Positions 38,839 to 47,715 of a DNA stretch of 64,000 nucleotides are shown here, one piece after another. The DNA comes from Corallococcus exercitus (GTDB taxonomy: Bacteria > Myxococcota > Myxococcia > Myxococcales > Myxococcaceae). Position 1 is the stretch's first letter. Each line of letters opens with the position of its first letter. Position numbers and translations under genes: made by a program. The stretch is taken from positions 2,847,281-2,911,280 of the forward strand of contig NZ_CP102577.1 of NCBI RefSeq assembly GCF_042231735.1. Reading direction: 5' to 3'. Below the pieces are notes generated by a model. It was not told the DNA's origin, searched no databases, and was given only the letters and a program-made list of their open reading frames with translations.

Positions 38839-39074
38839 CACTCAATTCACGAGGGCCGACGAACCGGAGCCTTGAGTGAAGCGAATAGTGTAGCGCGTTT
38901 AGGGCCATCATCCTTCGTCGCGTCTTTGGACTCCTACTGGCACTGCTCCCCTTCCCGATTGGTGCTGCCCTCGTACCAGCTTTGCCCTAGCTCCACATCC
39001 AGGCAACGTGGTGTGTATGGACAACCGTTCTTAATGGCGAGGGAAACGGGCGTGAGTGGGTATGATGCAGGGCC

Positions 39075-40523
39075 ATGTATCCGAGACGCCGTCTTCTGGC
39101 CCGTGGACCGTGGTTGTTCGATCTCAGACCGCAGCGGCTCATCGTCTTCCACGGAGCCGAAGGCGTGCGCCGGGAGGTCAGTGGCGACGTGCCGGATCAT
39201 CCGTCCGCGCCCGTGGAGCTCGCCGCGCTCAACGAGGCACAGGACGTCTGGGTGGGATGCGGGGATCGGCGTGTCTTCTCCGTGGGGGCCGGCGCGGGCG
39301 CTCCCGTCCAGGCCTTTCCGAGGGAGTGCTTCGATCTCACCTCCGATGGGGACCGACTCATCGGAACGGTGGTGGACGGCGCCCGCAAGCTCACCACCCT
39401 CTTCACGACCGATGGGTCCGGGCAGCAAAGGGCGCCCATGACCTTGCCCAAGCCCGTGCGCGCCTCGCACGGGTATGGGTATTCCGAGGGGCGCCCCCAG
39501 CGTCAGTCCCCTGATGGGGCGTTCCTCGACACGAGCCCCTTTGGCATCACCGTCGTGGAGAAGGGCCGGGGCCGCGTCTACGTGCTCCGCGCGGGGGCGG
39601 CTCAGCCGGAGGGCGCGCTCCAGGTGGAGCCGGGCGGTGAGGAGGACATCTGGCGGGCCCAGGCCACTCCCCAGGGCGTGCTTCTCCTGCTCGTCATCAA
39701 CTACCGGCAGACGGCGCTCCTCCACTTCGCGCTCGATGGCACCCTGCTCGGCTCCATCCCGGCGATCGATGATGAGGATGACGATGCGGAAGAACTGATC
39801 TGGGGCGGTGCCGGGGTGTGCGTCCTCGACGCGGACCGGGCGCTCCTCTTCGTCCAGGACAAGACCCTCCTGGTGTCCCTGCCCGAGCTCCAGGTGTTGG
39901 AGACGGTCGTGGGGGAGTGGCCTGCCTTCGTGTCCGTGACGCCCGCGGGGCCTGACCGGTGGTGGGTGGGCGCCGAGGACAGGGACTCGCTCTTCCTGCT
40001 CACCGCCGAGCCCGGACACCCCTTGCGCCTCCACGCCTCAAACCGTCCGGTGATCCCGGGCGCTCCGCTCATGCACGTGGGCTACAAGACGCCCGCGATC
40101 CACTGGGCCGAGCACACCTCGGCGCCGCTCACCGTTTCCGCGCCCGTGACCGAGACGTGGCGCGCGGTGGTGCGAAATGACGGGACCGCGTGTGAGGCCG
40201 TGCGGATCCGGGTGTCCGGGGCGCTCGTCGGCGCTCGCGTGGTGGATGTGAGCGTGCGGTATCGCGGCCAGCCGCTCCCGATGGTGGAGGAGCAGCGCGT
40301 GAACGTCGTGGGCATTACCGCTGGACTGGAGGCAGGGGCCACCGCGGAGCTGGAGGTAACCTTCAAGCCCCGGAGCGAGGGCTCGGGACCGCTGACCATC
40401 ACCGTCGAGCCGTGCTCCTGGCAGGCGCAGGCCAAAGAATGGCAATGGGACAAAGAGCAGCCTCGCGTCCTCGTGATGACGGGCCATACGGCAAGCGCCC
40501 AGTTCCCGCTCACGGTGGAGTAG
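39075..40523 (+). CDS. Hypothetical protein (482 aa), convergent with and overlapping the pseudokinase gene by 14 bp
   Basis: Long ORF with host-like codon usage and no family that I recognise. Confidence 0.45.
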   Translation: MYPRRRLLARGPWLFDLRPQRLIVFHGAEGVRREVSGDVPDHPSAPVELAALNEAQDVWVGCGDRRVFSVGAGAGAPVQAFPRECFDLTSDGDRLIGTVVDGARKLTTLFTTDGSGQQRAPMTLPKPVRASHGYGYSEGRPQRQSPDGAFLDTSPFGITVVEKGRGRVYVLRAGAAQPEGALQVEPGGEEDIWRAQATPQGVLLLLVINYRQTALLHFALDGTLLGSIPAIDDEDDDAEELIWGGAGVCVLDADRALLFVQDKTLLVSLPELQVLETVVGEWPAFVSVTPAGPDRWWVGAEDRDSLFLLTAEPGHPLRLHASNRPVIPGAPLMHVGYKTPAIHWAEHTSAPLTVSAPVTETWRAVVRNDGTACEAVRIRVSGALVGARVVDVSVRYRGQPLPMVEEQRVNVVGITAGLEAGATAELEVTFKPRSEGSGPLTITVEPCSWQAQAKEWQWDKEQPRVLVMTGHTASAQFPLTVE

Positions 40524-41601
40524 CGCGAACCTCCTTGGGTTCGGGCGCGGCGCTCATCTTCCAGAGCAGGGCGCCGCCTCCGAGCACGACCGTCAGGCCC
40601 ACTGCCGCCGCGAGGATCCAGCCTCGTCCCAAGCGGGGCCGTGCCTGGGCCTCCGGGGCGTCGCTCGCGGAGACCTGCTGGACGAGTTGGGCCACCTGCC
40701 GCGATGTCACCGGCTCACCCTTCGAGCGGATGAACTCCTCCAGGTCCTTCCGGAACGCGTGGCAGTCCGGATAGCGCTGGTCCAGGTCCTTCGCGAGCGC
40801 TCGGGCGAGGATGGCGCGAAGGGCGTCGGGCAGGTCCGGGCGGTGCCGCTCGGGGGGCACCATGGGCTCGGACAAGACGGCTTGAAACACGTCCCAGTGG
40901 GACTTGCCCTCAAAGGGCTTGCGCGTGGTGAGCAGTTCGTAGAGCACCACCCCGAGGGAGTAGACGTCCACCTGCCGGTCCACCGGCAAGCCCCTGATGT
41001 CCTCGGGCGCCATGTACCCGTGCTGGCTCAGGTCGGGGGAACCGTAATGGGGTATGGGGGTCCACCGGGACCGGAAGCCGGCGACGCCGAAGTCCAACAC
41101 CTTGGCTGTCCCCTGGCGCGACAGGAGGATGTTGTACGGCCGGATGCAGTGGTGGATGCGCCTCAGCGGCTGGTTCGTCTTGGGGTCGGTGAGGTCATGG
41201 GCATAAGCGAGCCCCTCGCAGGCTTGCGAGATGATGCGCGCGCACAGTGACGCCGGCAGAGCCATCCGCTGGACCGCCGCGTGCTTGATCAACCTGCGCA
41301 GGCTGGGCCCGTCGATGTGCTCCCTGGCGAGGAAGTACGTGCCGTCCGCCTTACCGAAGTCGAAGACCCGCACGAGGTGCGGATGCGTGAGCCGGGCGGC
41401 CATCTTCGCCGTGTCGAGGAATATCTGCGCGAGATCCACGTCCTCGGCCATGTCCGGCCGGAGGCACTGGAGCACCAGCGTCTTTTCGATGCCCCACTGG
41501 CCGACGGTTTTGGCCAGAGAGTCCTCGACGATGCCTCCGTCGAGCAAGCGGATGCGCTGGTATTTGCCGACGTGGGATGTCACGAGGCGTATGGCTAGCA
41601 A
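40510..41601 (-). CDS. Eukaryotic-like Ser/Thr protein kinase-fold protein with degenerate catalytic motifs (predicted pseudokinase) and a C-terminal TM anchor
   Basis: The kinase fold is recognisable: VLDFGVA (DFG), YMAPE (APE), DVYSLGVVLYELLT. The Gly loop is absent (GKYQRIRLLDGGIV), there is no VAIK lysine (TLVLQCL), and the catalytic loop is HHCIRPYNIL where HRDLKPxN is expected, so the catalytic Asp is lost. A C-terminal TM is GWILAAAVGLTVVLGGGALLW. Confidence 0.7.
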   Translation of the reverse strand: MLAIRLVTSHVGKYQRIRLLDGGIVEDSLAKTVGQWGIEKTLVLQCLRPDMAEDVDLAQIFLDTAKMAARLTHPHLVRVFDFGKADGTYFLAREHIDGPSLRRLIKHAAVQRMALPASLCARIISQACEGLAYAHDLTDPKTNQPLRRIHHCIRPYNILLSRQGTAKVLDFGVAGFRSRWTPIPHYGSPDLSQHGYMAPEDIRGLPVDRQVDVYSLGVVLYELLTTRKPFEGKSHWDVFQAVLSEPMVPPERHRPDLPDALRAILARALAKDLDQRYPDCHAFRKDLEEFIRSKGEPVTSRQVAQLVQQVSASDAPEAQARPRLGRGWILAAAVGLTVVLGGGALLWKMSAAPEPKEVRATPP

Positions 41602-41646
41602 ATACCGCCGGTTTCATCCAACGGGGCGTGTAGCGTCATCAGGGCC

Positions 41647-43395
41647 ATGACCCGTTACCGCTTCCTTGGGCTTCTGCTGGCGCTGCTTCCCCTCCATGTC
41701 GGCGCCGTCCCCATTCCCGCGGATCCGTTGGTGGGCATTTGGGGCAGTGAGCGCGTCCTCGGACCTCAGGTCCGGGGTGAGCTGACCCTGGTGCGTGAGG
41801 GGAACACGTGGCGCGCGCGCATCGCGGGCTTCGATGTTCCTGCCCGGAACGAGGGCAGGAAGGTGTCCGTCGTCTTCCCCGGAGGCGAACTCCGAGCGAC
41901 GTTGGCGGAGAACGGCCAGAGCATCACGGGTCACTGGATTCAGCCTCCCGTGCTCATGAGCGGCATGAAGTTCGCCACGCCGGTGGAGCTGCGCTCGCTT
42001 CAGCCGGGTGTCTGGCGCGGCAACGTGGCGCCGCTGGAGGACCGGTTCTCGCTGTATCTCGTCGTCCAGAAGCAGCCCGACGGCTCCGTGACGGCATTCA
42101 TCCGCAACCCGGAGCGCAACTTCGGCAACCGGATGCAGTTCCGCGTGGACCTCCAGGACCGCACGGTGCGGCTCACGTCCACCAAGGGCAACACCCAGAT
42201 CGAAGGCACGTTCGACGCGCAATCCGGACGGCTGTCCCTGCCCTACCCTCCCTTCGACACGACGTTCGACTTCACCCGTCGGGACCGGTCCCAGGCCGTG
42301 GGCCTCTACTCTCGCACGCCCGCTCCGGGCCCCTACGTCCACCAGAAGCCCATCGCGGAGGACGACGGCTGGACCACGGCCTCACCCGCCGACGTCGGCA
42401 TGGACGTCCAACCGCTCCAGCAGCTCGTGCAGCGCATCCTCGACCAGGAGCCAAGCCCGGAGTCCGCCCCCGCCATCCAGGGGCTTCTCATCGCACGTCA
42501 CGGGAAGCTCATCCTCGAAGAGTACTTCCAGGGGTTCGACAAGGAGCGCCCGCACGACTTGCGCTCCTCCTCCAAGTCCTACGCCTCCCTGCTGATTGGC
42601 ATTGCCCTGGACCAGGGTGCTCCCTTCACCGTGGACACGCCCGTCGTCTCACTCTTCCCCGAGTACAAGGGCAAGCTCTCCGGCCTGGATGCGCGCAAGC
42701 GCAAGCTCACCGTCGCGCACCTGATGACCATGGCAACAGGCCTGGCTTGTGACGACGACGACCCGGCTTCCCCCGGCAACGAGGACCGGCTCGAGGACTC
42801 CGTACCGGATTGGTACAAGTACACGCTGGACCTCCCCATGGTCCGCGCGCCGGGTGAGAAGGCCGTGTACTGCTCCGCGAACATCAACCTGCTGGGCGGC
42901 GTCCTTCGCAACACCACGCGCACCTGGCTCCCCGAGTTCTTCACCCGGAACGTCGCCACGCCCCTCCAGATGCGCGGCTACCACGTCGACCTGATGCCGA
43001 ACGGCGAGCAGTACCTGGGCGGCGGCATCTACATGCGCCCCCGGGATGCCCTGAAGCTCGGGCAGCTCTATCTCTCTGGCGGGACATGGAACGGGAAGCG
43101 CGTGGTCAGCCAGCGCTGGGTGGCGCGCTCCATCGCGAAGCAATCAACGATGGGGGATGGCAGGACCTATGGATACACGTGGTGGCGCCATGAGCTCCGC
43201 GTCGGCGACCGCGTGTATTCGCAATACGAGGCCAGCGGCAACGGAGGCCAGCTCGTGATGGTCGTCCCGGAGCTGGACCTCGTCGTGCTGTTCACCGCGG
43301 GCAACTACAACCACGTTGCCCTGTGGCGGAAGTTCCGTGAGGAACTCCTGCCACAGTACATCCTGGCCGCGGCGTCAACGCCTCTGCGGCCTTGA
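41647..43395 (+). CDS. Secreted serine hydrolase of the beta-lactamase / penicillin-binding-protein-like family (class C-like fold) with an N-terminal lipocalin-like/beta domain
   Basis: Signal peptide MTRYRFLGLLLALLPLHVGA. The SxxK active-site motif is in LRSSSKSYASLLIGIAL, and a YxN-like motif is in YCSANINLLG. The C-terminal region is typical of the family (GGGIYMRPRDALKLGQLYLSGGTWNGKRVVS). Confidence 0.75.
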   Translation: MTRYRFLGLLLALLPLHVGAVPIPADPLVGIWGSERVLGPQVRGELTLVREGNTWRARIAGFDVPARNEGRKVSVVFPGGELRATLAENGQSITGHWIQPPVLMSGMKFATPVELRSLQPGVWRGNVAPLEDRFSLYLVVQKQPDGSVTAFIRNPERNFGNRMQFRVDLQDRTVRLTSTKGNTQIEGTFDAQSGRLSLPYPPFDTTFDFTRRDRSQAVGLYSRTPAPGPYVHQKPIAEDDGWTTASPADVGMDVQPLQQLVQRILDQEPSPESAPAIQGLLIARHGKLILEEYFQGFDKERPHDLRSSSKSYASLLIGIALDQGAPFTVDTPVVSLFPEYKGKLSGLDARKRKLTVAHLMTMATGLACDDDDPASPGNEDRLEDSVPDWYKYTLDLPMVRAPGEKAVYCSANINLLGGVLRNTTRTWLPEFFTRNVATPLQMRGYHVDLMPNGEQYLGGGIYMRPRDALKLGQLYLSGGTWNGKRVVSQRWVARSIAKQSTMGDGRTYGYTWWRHELRVGDRVYSQYEASGNGGQLVMVVPELDLVVLFTAGNYNHVALWRKFREELLPQYILAAASTPLRP

Positions 43396-43402
43396 GCTGC
43401 GC

Positions 43403-43666
43403 TCAGTAATAGCAGCGCCAGTAGTCGTACCCTTCCCCGTCGCAATAGCAGAAGGCGTGACCCACACCCGAGGGGCGAATACAGGTACGCGGGTTGGCCC
43501 CAGTCGAGGGACAGGCCATCCCATCCAGCACGTCGCACTGGAGAATCGCCGAGGCGGAGACGTCAGGCGCCGTCTGGCTTGCCGTGTCATCCACGGTCTC
43601 GGGCTCCATCGTGCCACCACAGCCAACGAGCAGCCCAAACATCAACGCTGAAACAATCCCTCGCAT
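43403..43666 (-). CDS. Small Cys-rich lipoprotein (88 aa)
   Basis: The internal start MRGIVSALMFGLLVGCGG has a lipobox. The mature part has 7 Cys and ends CYCDGEGYDYWRCYY. Confidence 0.4.
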   Translation of the reverse strand: MRGIVSALMFGLLVGCGGTMEPETVDDTASQTAPDVSASAILQCDVLDGMACPSTGANPRTCIRPSGVGHAFCYCDGEGYDYWRCYY

Positions 43667-43880
43667 GTACACCCTCCCGGTTGAGAAGCATTGCGACGAT
43701 AACACCGCTTCTCGGTGGGACTCCAATAATCCGCGACATGTGACGCAACGCCAGCACAGTGCGCGGCATGGTGTCTTGGGTTACCCCTGCGTCTTCTCTT
43801 GCAGCGCAATGATCAGTCACTGTGTGTGCGAGAAGAAGCGGTGACCGTAGACCCATGGCGGGTTAGCGTTCGCGGCGCTC

Positions 43881-44501
43881 ATGAAAACGCCCTGCCTGCT
43901 CCTGATGGCCCTGTCGTGCGCCCTCGTCCTCTCCGCCTGCGGTGAGTCCGAGTGCACTCCGGAAAGCTGCGCGAACGGTTGCTGCACCGTGGGCAACGTG
44001 TGCGTTCTCGATCTCGGCGACGCCCAATGTGGCTCCAACGGCGCCGCCTGTGAGAGCTGTCCCGAAGGCAATGTCTGCCGGCTCGACAGCCGGGCCTGCT
44101 TCACGGGCGTGATGCGGACGCGCGTGCAGCCCCGCCGGGCCGTCATCGCGGACGTCGATCCGGACAACGGTGAGGAGTGGGATTCCGACGGGTCCCCGCC
44201 CGACGTCGTCGTGGAGATGAGCTGCCCCTCCGCTCCGGAGCGCACCCGCACCGCCGAGGACGAGAGCTGGGAGCCCGAATGGCGCTCGGGCAGCTGCGAG
44301 GTCATCACCTCCAACCTGCTCGAGCACCCCATCGAGATCTCCATCTTCGACAACGACGACTTCGCCCTCGATGACGAGTTCGGCGGCCTCTCCTACCAGG
44401 TCACCCGCGCCGACCTGAACCGGGGCCGGATCGAGATCGCCCTCCCCCCGGACGTGCAGACCCTGGTCTTCGACCTCGTCCACACCTACTCCGCGCAATG
44501 A
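43881..44501 (+). CDS. Cys-rich acidic lipoprotein of unknown function
   Basis: Signal/lipobox MKTPCLLLMALSCALVLSACG. Cys-rich N-terminal module (ECTPESCANGCCTVGNVCVLDLGDAQCGSNGAACESCPEGNVCRLDSRAC) followed by a D/E-rich domain. Confidence 0.5.
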   Translation: MKTPCLLLMALSCALVLSACGESECTPESCANGCCTVGNVCVLDLGDAQCGSNGAACESCPEGNVCRLDSRACFTGVMRTRVQPRRAVIADVDPDNGEEWDSDGSPPDVVVEMSCPSAPERTRTAEDESWEPEWRSGSCEVITSNLLEHPIEISIFDNDDFALDDEFGGLSYQVTRADLNRGRIEIALPPDVQTLVFDLVHTYSAQ

Positions 44502-44549
44502 GCCACCTCTCGCTGTAACCCGCTTCGCGCTCCTGGCGTATCCCAGGTC

Positions 44550-45029
44550 ATGCGCCTCCCCACCCTCCTGCTCCTGTGCTTCACGGCCTGTGGTCCCTCC
44601 TCCTCCGTGGACGAAGGGCTTGGGGTCATCCAGCAGCTCGACACGTCCGAGCAGGGCATCACCACGTTCGTGCGCTCGGGCCAGTACACGTCCTGGCTCG
44701 CGGAACCCTCCGTCCATGACACGCGCGCCCCTCACGGCAGCAAGGTCCGCGTCTTCTTCAACGACGTCGTCGCGCGCTCACTCCGGGAAGGCAATGCCAC
44801 CCATCCCGTGGGCAGCATCCTCGTGAAGGAGCTGTTCGAGGACGACGGGAAGACGCTCCGGGGCCACGCGCTGGACGTGAAGGTCGCGGAAGGCCCTGGC
44901 AAGGACACCTGGATCTTCTACGAGGGCTTCGGGCCGGCCTACTCCAACAACTACTACGGCCGCGCCCACTCCACCTGTCACGGCTGCCATTCGGACGGGA
45001 AGGACTACGTCACCTCCCCGCTCCCCTGA
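44550..45029 (+). CDS. Lipoprotein with a C-terminal CxxCH haem-binding motif, possibly a cytochrome P460-like periplasmic haem protein
   Basis: Signal/lipobox MRLPTLLLLCFTACG. It is 159 aa, with a single CHGCH about 15 residues from the C-terminus (HSTCHGCHSDGKDY). That size and motif position resemble the cytochrome P460 family; this is recalled, not searched. Confidence 0.4.
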   Translation: MRLPTLLLLCFTACGPSSSVDEGLGVIQQLDTSEQGITTFVRSGQYTSWLAEPSVHDTRAPHGSKVRVFFNDVVARSLREGNATHPVGSILVKELFEDDGKTLRGHALDVKVAEGPGKDTWIFYEGFGPAYSNNYYGRAHSTCHGCHSDGKDYVTSPLP

Positions 45030-45086
45030 AAAGACAACGGGCGGCCCCCTCGCGAGGACCGCCCGTCGTTGAGTTCTCCCAGGGAC

Positions 45087-46148
45087 CTACCGCGCCGCGG
45101 ACTTGCGGCGCATCAGGAACACGCCCAGGCCCACGCCCGCGGCCCACTTCGCCGCCGCGGCCAGGGGCGTCTTGCTCAGCGCCACCGGGCGGCTCTCGTA
45201 CTGTGGCTGGGGCGGAACCGGACGGAAGTCCGTGGCGCCGGGCAGGCTCGCGCCCTTCTCCTCCGCCTCCGTCTTCGTCACGTTCGGACCCGGCGCGTCC
45301 GGATCTCGCGCGCCCGGAGCCTTCCCGTCCGGCGACTTGTGCTCGAGGATGCCGTTGATCTCCGCGCCCAGCAGCACGACCATGCAGGAGATCTGCATCC
45401 AGAGCAGCATCACGATGACACCGCCGATGGCGCCGTAGTTCACGTCATACGAGCCGAAGTTCGCCACGTACATCGAGAAGCCCCAGGACGCGATCACCCA
45501 GATGATCACGCTCACCACCGAGCCCGGGGTGATGAACTTGAACTTCTGCTTCACGTCCGGCAGCACGTAGTACAGCACCGCCAGCAGCACCATCATCAGG
45601 ATGCCGGCCACCGGCATGCGCAGCCACATGACGACGCTCGACAGCGGCTCGCCCAGCTTGTCCGCCACCGCCGGCGTGACGATGGCGACGATGGCCGCGA
45701 GCACCACGGTCACCGCCGTGCCCAGCGTCGTCAGCAGCGCGATGCCTCGCTTCTTCCAGAACGGGCGCTTCTCCTCCACGCCGTACACCGTGTTGAGCGA
45801 TTCCATCAGCGCCACCACGCCGCCTGACGCCGCCCAGATGGCGCCCACGCCACCGATGGTCAGCAGCCCCACCGGATTGCTGCTCGCCAGCGCCTCCAGC
45901 CGCTCGCCCAGGATCTTCGTCACCTCCTGGGGCGCCACCTTCGACATCTCCTGGATGAGCTGCTGCGCCTGGTGCGGATCAATCAGCACGCCGGCCAGCG
46001 ACACGAGGAACAGCAGGAACGGGAACAGCGCCATGATGGCCGAGAACGTCAGCGCGCTCGCGACGTTGCCGACCTTGTCGCGTCCCCACTCGTCCTTGAG
46101 GGACTTGAAGAACTCCTTCCAACTGATTCCCTTGCCGGGCAAGACCAT
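45087..46148 (-). CDS. YihY/BrkB (virulence factor BrkB / RNase BN-like) family inner-membrane protein
   Basis: Six predicted TM helices and the family N-terminus NVASALTFSAIMALFPFLLFLVSLAG...LLTIGGVGAIWAASGGVVALMESLNTVYGVEE. The start was chosen at MVLPGKGISW (46148). Confidence 0.8.
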   Translation of the reverse strand: MVLPGKGISWKEFFKSLKDEWGRDKVGNVASALTFSAIMALFPFLLFLVSLAGVLIDPHQAQQLIQEMSKVAPQEVTKILGERLEALASSNPVGLLTIGGVGAIWAASGGVVALMESLNTVYGVEEKRPFWKKRGIALLTTLGTAVTVVLAAIVAIVTPAVADKLGEPLSSVVMWLRMPVAGILMMVLLAVLYYVLPDVKQKFKFITPGSVVSVIIWVIASWGFSMYVANFGSYDVNYGAIGGVIVMLLWMQISCMVVLLGAEINGILEHKSPDGKAPGARDPDAPGPNVTKTEAEEKGASLPGATDFRPVPPQPQYESRPVALSKTPLAAAAKWAAGVGLGVFLMRRKSAAR

Positions 46149-46291
46149 GCGTCTCCTCCTCGGAGGAGATTGGGCATTCCATCCCCAGGCTGGCTTCCTC
46201 CCCGGGGACGTTGCCTGCCCCCCTGCCTGCTCGGCGCGCAGCACCCGTGAAAAGGCAAGTCCCCCCTTCACGTCCGCCCGGCCGCTCCAAA

Positions 46292-46837
46292 TCAGTAGGA
46301 AGGCAACACTTGCGCGTCCCGCAACCGGGGCGCGCGCTGATCCTTCACCGACAGCAGCGGTTCCTTCACGGGCCAGGGGATGGCCAGGTCCGGATCATCC
46401 CAGGCCACGCTCCGCTCGGACTCCGGGGCGTACGGCGCGGTGCACTTGTAGAAGAAGTCCGCGGAGTCGCTCAGCACGCAGAAGCCGTGCGCGAAACCCG
46501 GGGGGATCCACAGCTGCCACTTGTTCCCGGACGACAGCTCCGCCCCCATCCACCGGCCGAACGTGGGCGAGCCCTTGCGCACGTCCACCACCACGTCCCA
46601 GACCGCGCCCGCCAGCACCTGCACCAGCTTCCCCTGCCCGTTCGGCTCCTGGAAGTGCAGGCCGCGCAGCGTGCCCCGCACGGACCGCGACAGGTTGTCC
46701 TGCACGAAGGCGCTCGGGATGCCCGCGTCCTGGTAGCGCTGGGCGTGGAACGTCTCCACGAAGAAGCCCCGCGAGTCCCCGAACACGCGGGGCTCCAGCA
46801 GCAGGACGCCGGGCAGCTCCGTCGTCTGCACCTTCAT
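46292..46837 (-). CDS. rmlC: dTDP-4-dehydrorhamnose 3,5-epimerase
   Basis: 181 aa: [30 protein letters not shown]...LRGLHFQ...[26 protein letters not shown]...FAHGFCVLS. Confidence 0.9.
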   Translation of the reverse strand: MKVQTTELPGVLLLEPRVFGDSRGFFVETFHAQRYQDAGIPSAFVQDNLSRSVRGTLRGLHFQEPNGQGKLVQVLAGAVWDVVVDVRKGSPTFGRWMGAELSSGNKWQLWIPPGFAHGFCVLSDSADFFYKCTAPYAPESERSVAWDDPDLAIPWPVKEPLLSVKDQRAPRLRDAQVLPSY

Positions 46838-47715
46838 GGCCCCGTCCCCCGGTTCCCCAGGAGGGCCTTCAGGTACTGACCGTAGTCGTTCTTCAGCATG
46901 GGCTCCGCGAGCGCCTCCAGCCGCGCCTCGTCGATGTAGCCCATGCGGTAGGCGATCTCCTCCGGGCAGGCGATCTTCAGGCCCTGCCGGCGCTCGATGA
47001 TTTCGATGAACGACGACGCCTGCATCAGCGACTCGTGCGTCCCGGTGTCCAGCCACGCGTAGCCGCGCCCCATCAGCTCCACCGTGAGCTGGTCGCGGCG
47101 CATGTACTCCGCGTTGACGTCGGTGATCTCCAGCTCGCCGCGCTTGCTGGGCTTCAGCGCGGCGGCGATGTCCAGCACCTGGTTGTCGTAGAAGTACAAC
47201 CCCGTGACGGCGTAGTGGGAGCGGGGCTTCGCGGGCTTCTCCTCGATGCTGATGGCCCGGTTGCCCGGCGCCAGCTCCACCACGCCGTAGCGCTGCGGAT
47301 CCTTCACCTGGTAGCCGAACACCGTCGCCCCGGACGCGCGCCGCACCGCCCGCCGCACCAGCTCGCTCAGGCCGTCCCCGTAGAAGATGTTGTCTCCCAG
47401 GATGAGCGACACGGCGTCGCTCCCCACGAAGTCCCGGCCGATGACGAACGCCTGCGCCAGGCCTTCGGGGCGGGGCTGCTCCGCGTACTGGAAGGACATG
47501 CCCCACTGCTCGCCGTCGCCCAGCAGGTCGCGGAAGCGCGGCAGGTCCTGCGGCGTGGAGATGATCAACACCTCCCGGATGCCCGCCAGCATCAGCGTGG
47601 TCAGCGGGTAGTAGATCATCGGCTTGTCGTAGACGGGCAAGAGCTGCTTGCTCACCACGAGCGTCAGCGGATACAGGCGCGTCCCCGAGCCTCCCGCGAG
47701 GATGATTCCCTTCAT
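46834..47715 (-). CDS. rmlA: Glucose-1-phosphate thymidylyltransferase
   Basis: [53 protein letters not shown]...[12 protein letters not shown]. 293 aa. It overlaps rmlC by 4 nt. Confidence 0.9.
   Translation of the reverse strand: MKGIILAGGSGTRLYPLTLVVSKQLLPVYDKPMIYYPLTTLMLAGIREVLIISTPQDLPRFRDLLGDGEQWGMSFQYAEQPRPEGLAQAFVIGRDFVGSDAVSLILGDNIFYGDGLSELVRRAVRRASGATVFGYQVKDPQRYGVVELAPGNRAISIEEKPAKPRSHYAVTGLYFYDNQVLDIAAALKPSKRGELEITDVNAEYMRRDQLTVELMGRGYAWLDTGTHESLMQASSFIEIIERRQGLKIACPEEIAYRMGYIDEARLEALAEPMLKNDYGQYLKALLGNRGTGP

Noticed and set aside
38839-39074. Roughly 235-bp non-coding stretch after the DUF3800 gene as a possible small RNA or att site
   Set aside because: There are no convincing terminator, promoter or repeat features matching the other islet boundary, nor any recognisable att-like repeat at either boundary by eye. 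It was treated only as the probable right-hand boundary of the low-GC insertion, to be tested by comparative genomics.
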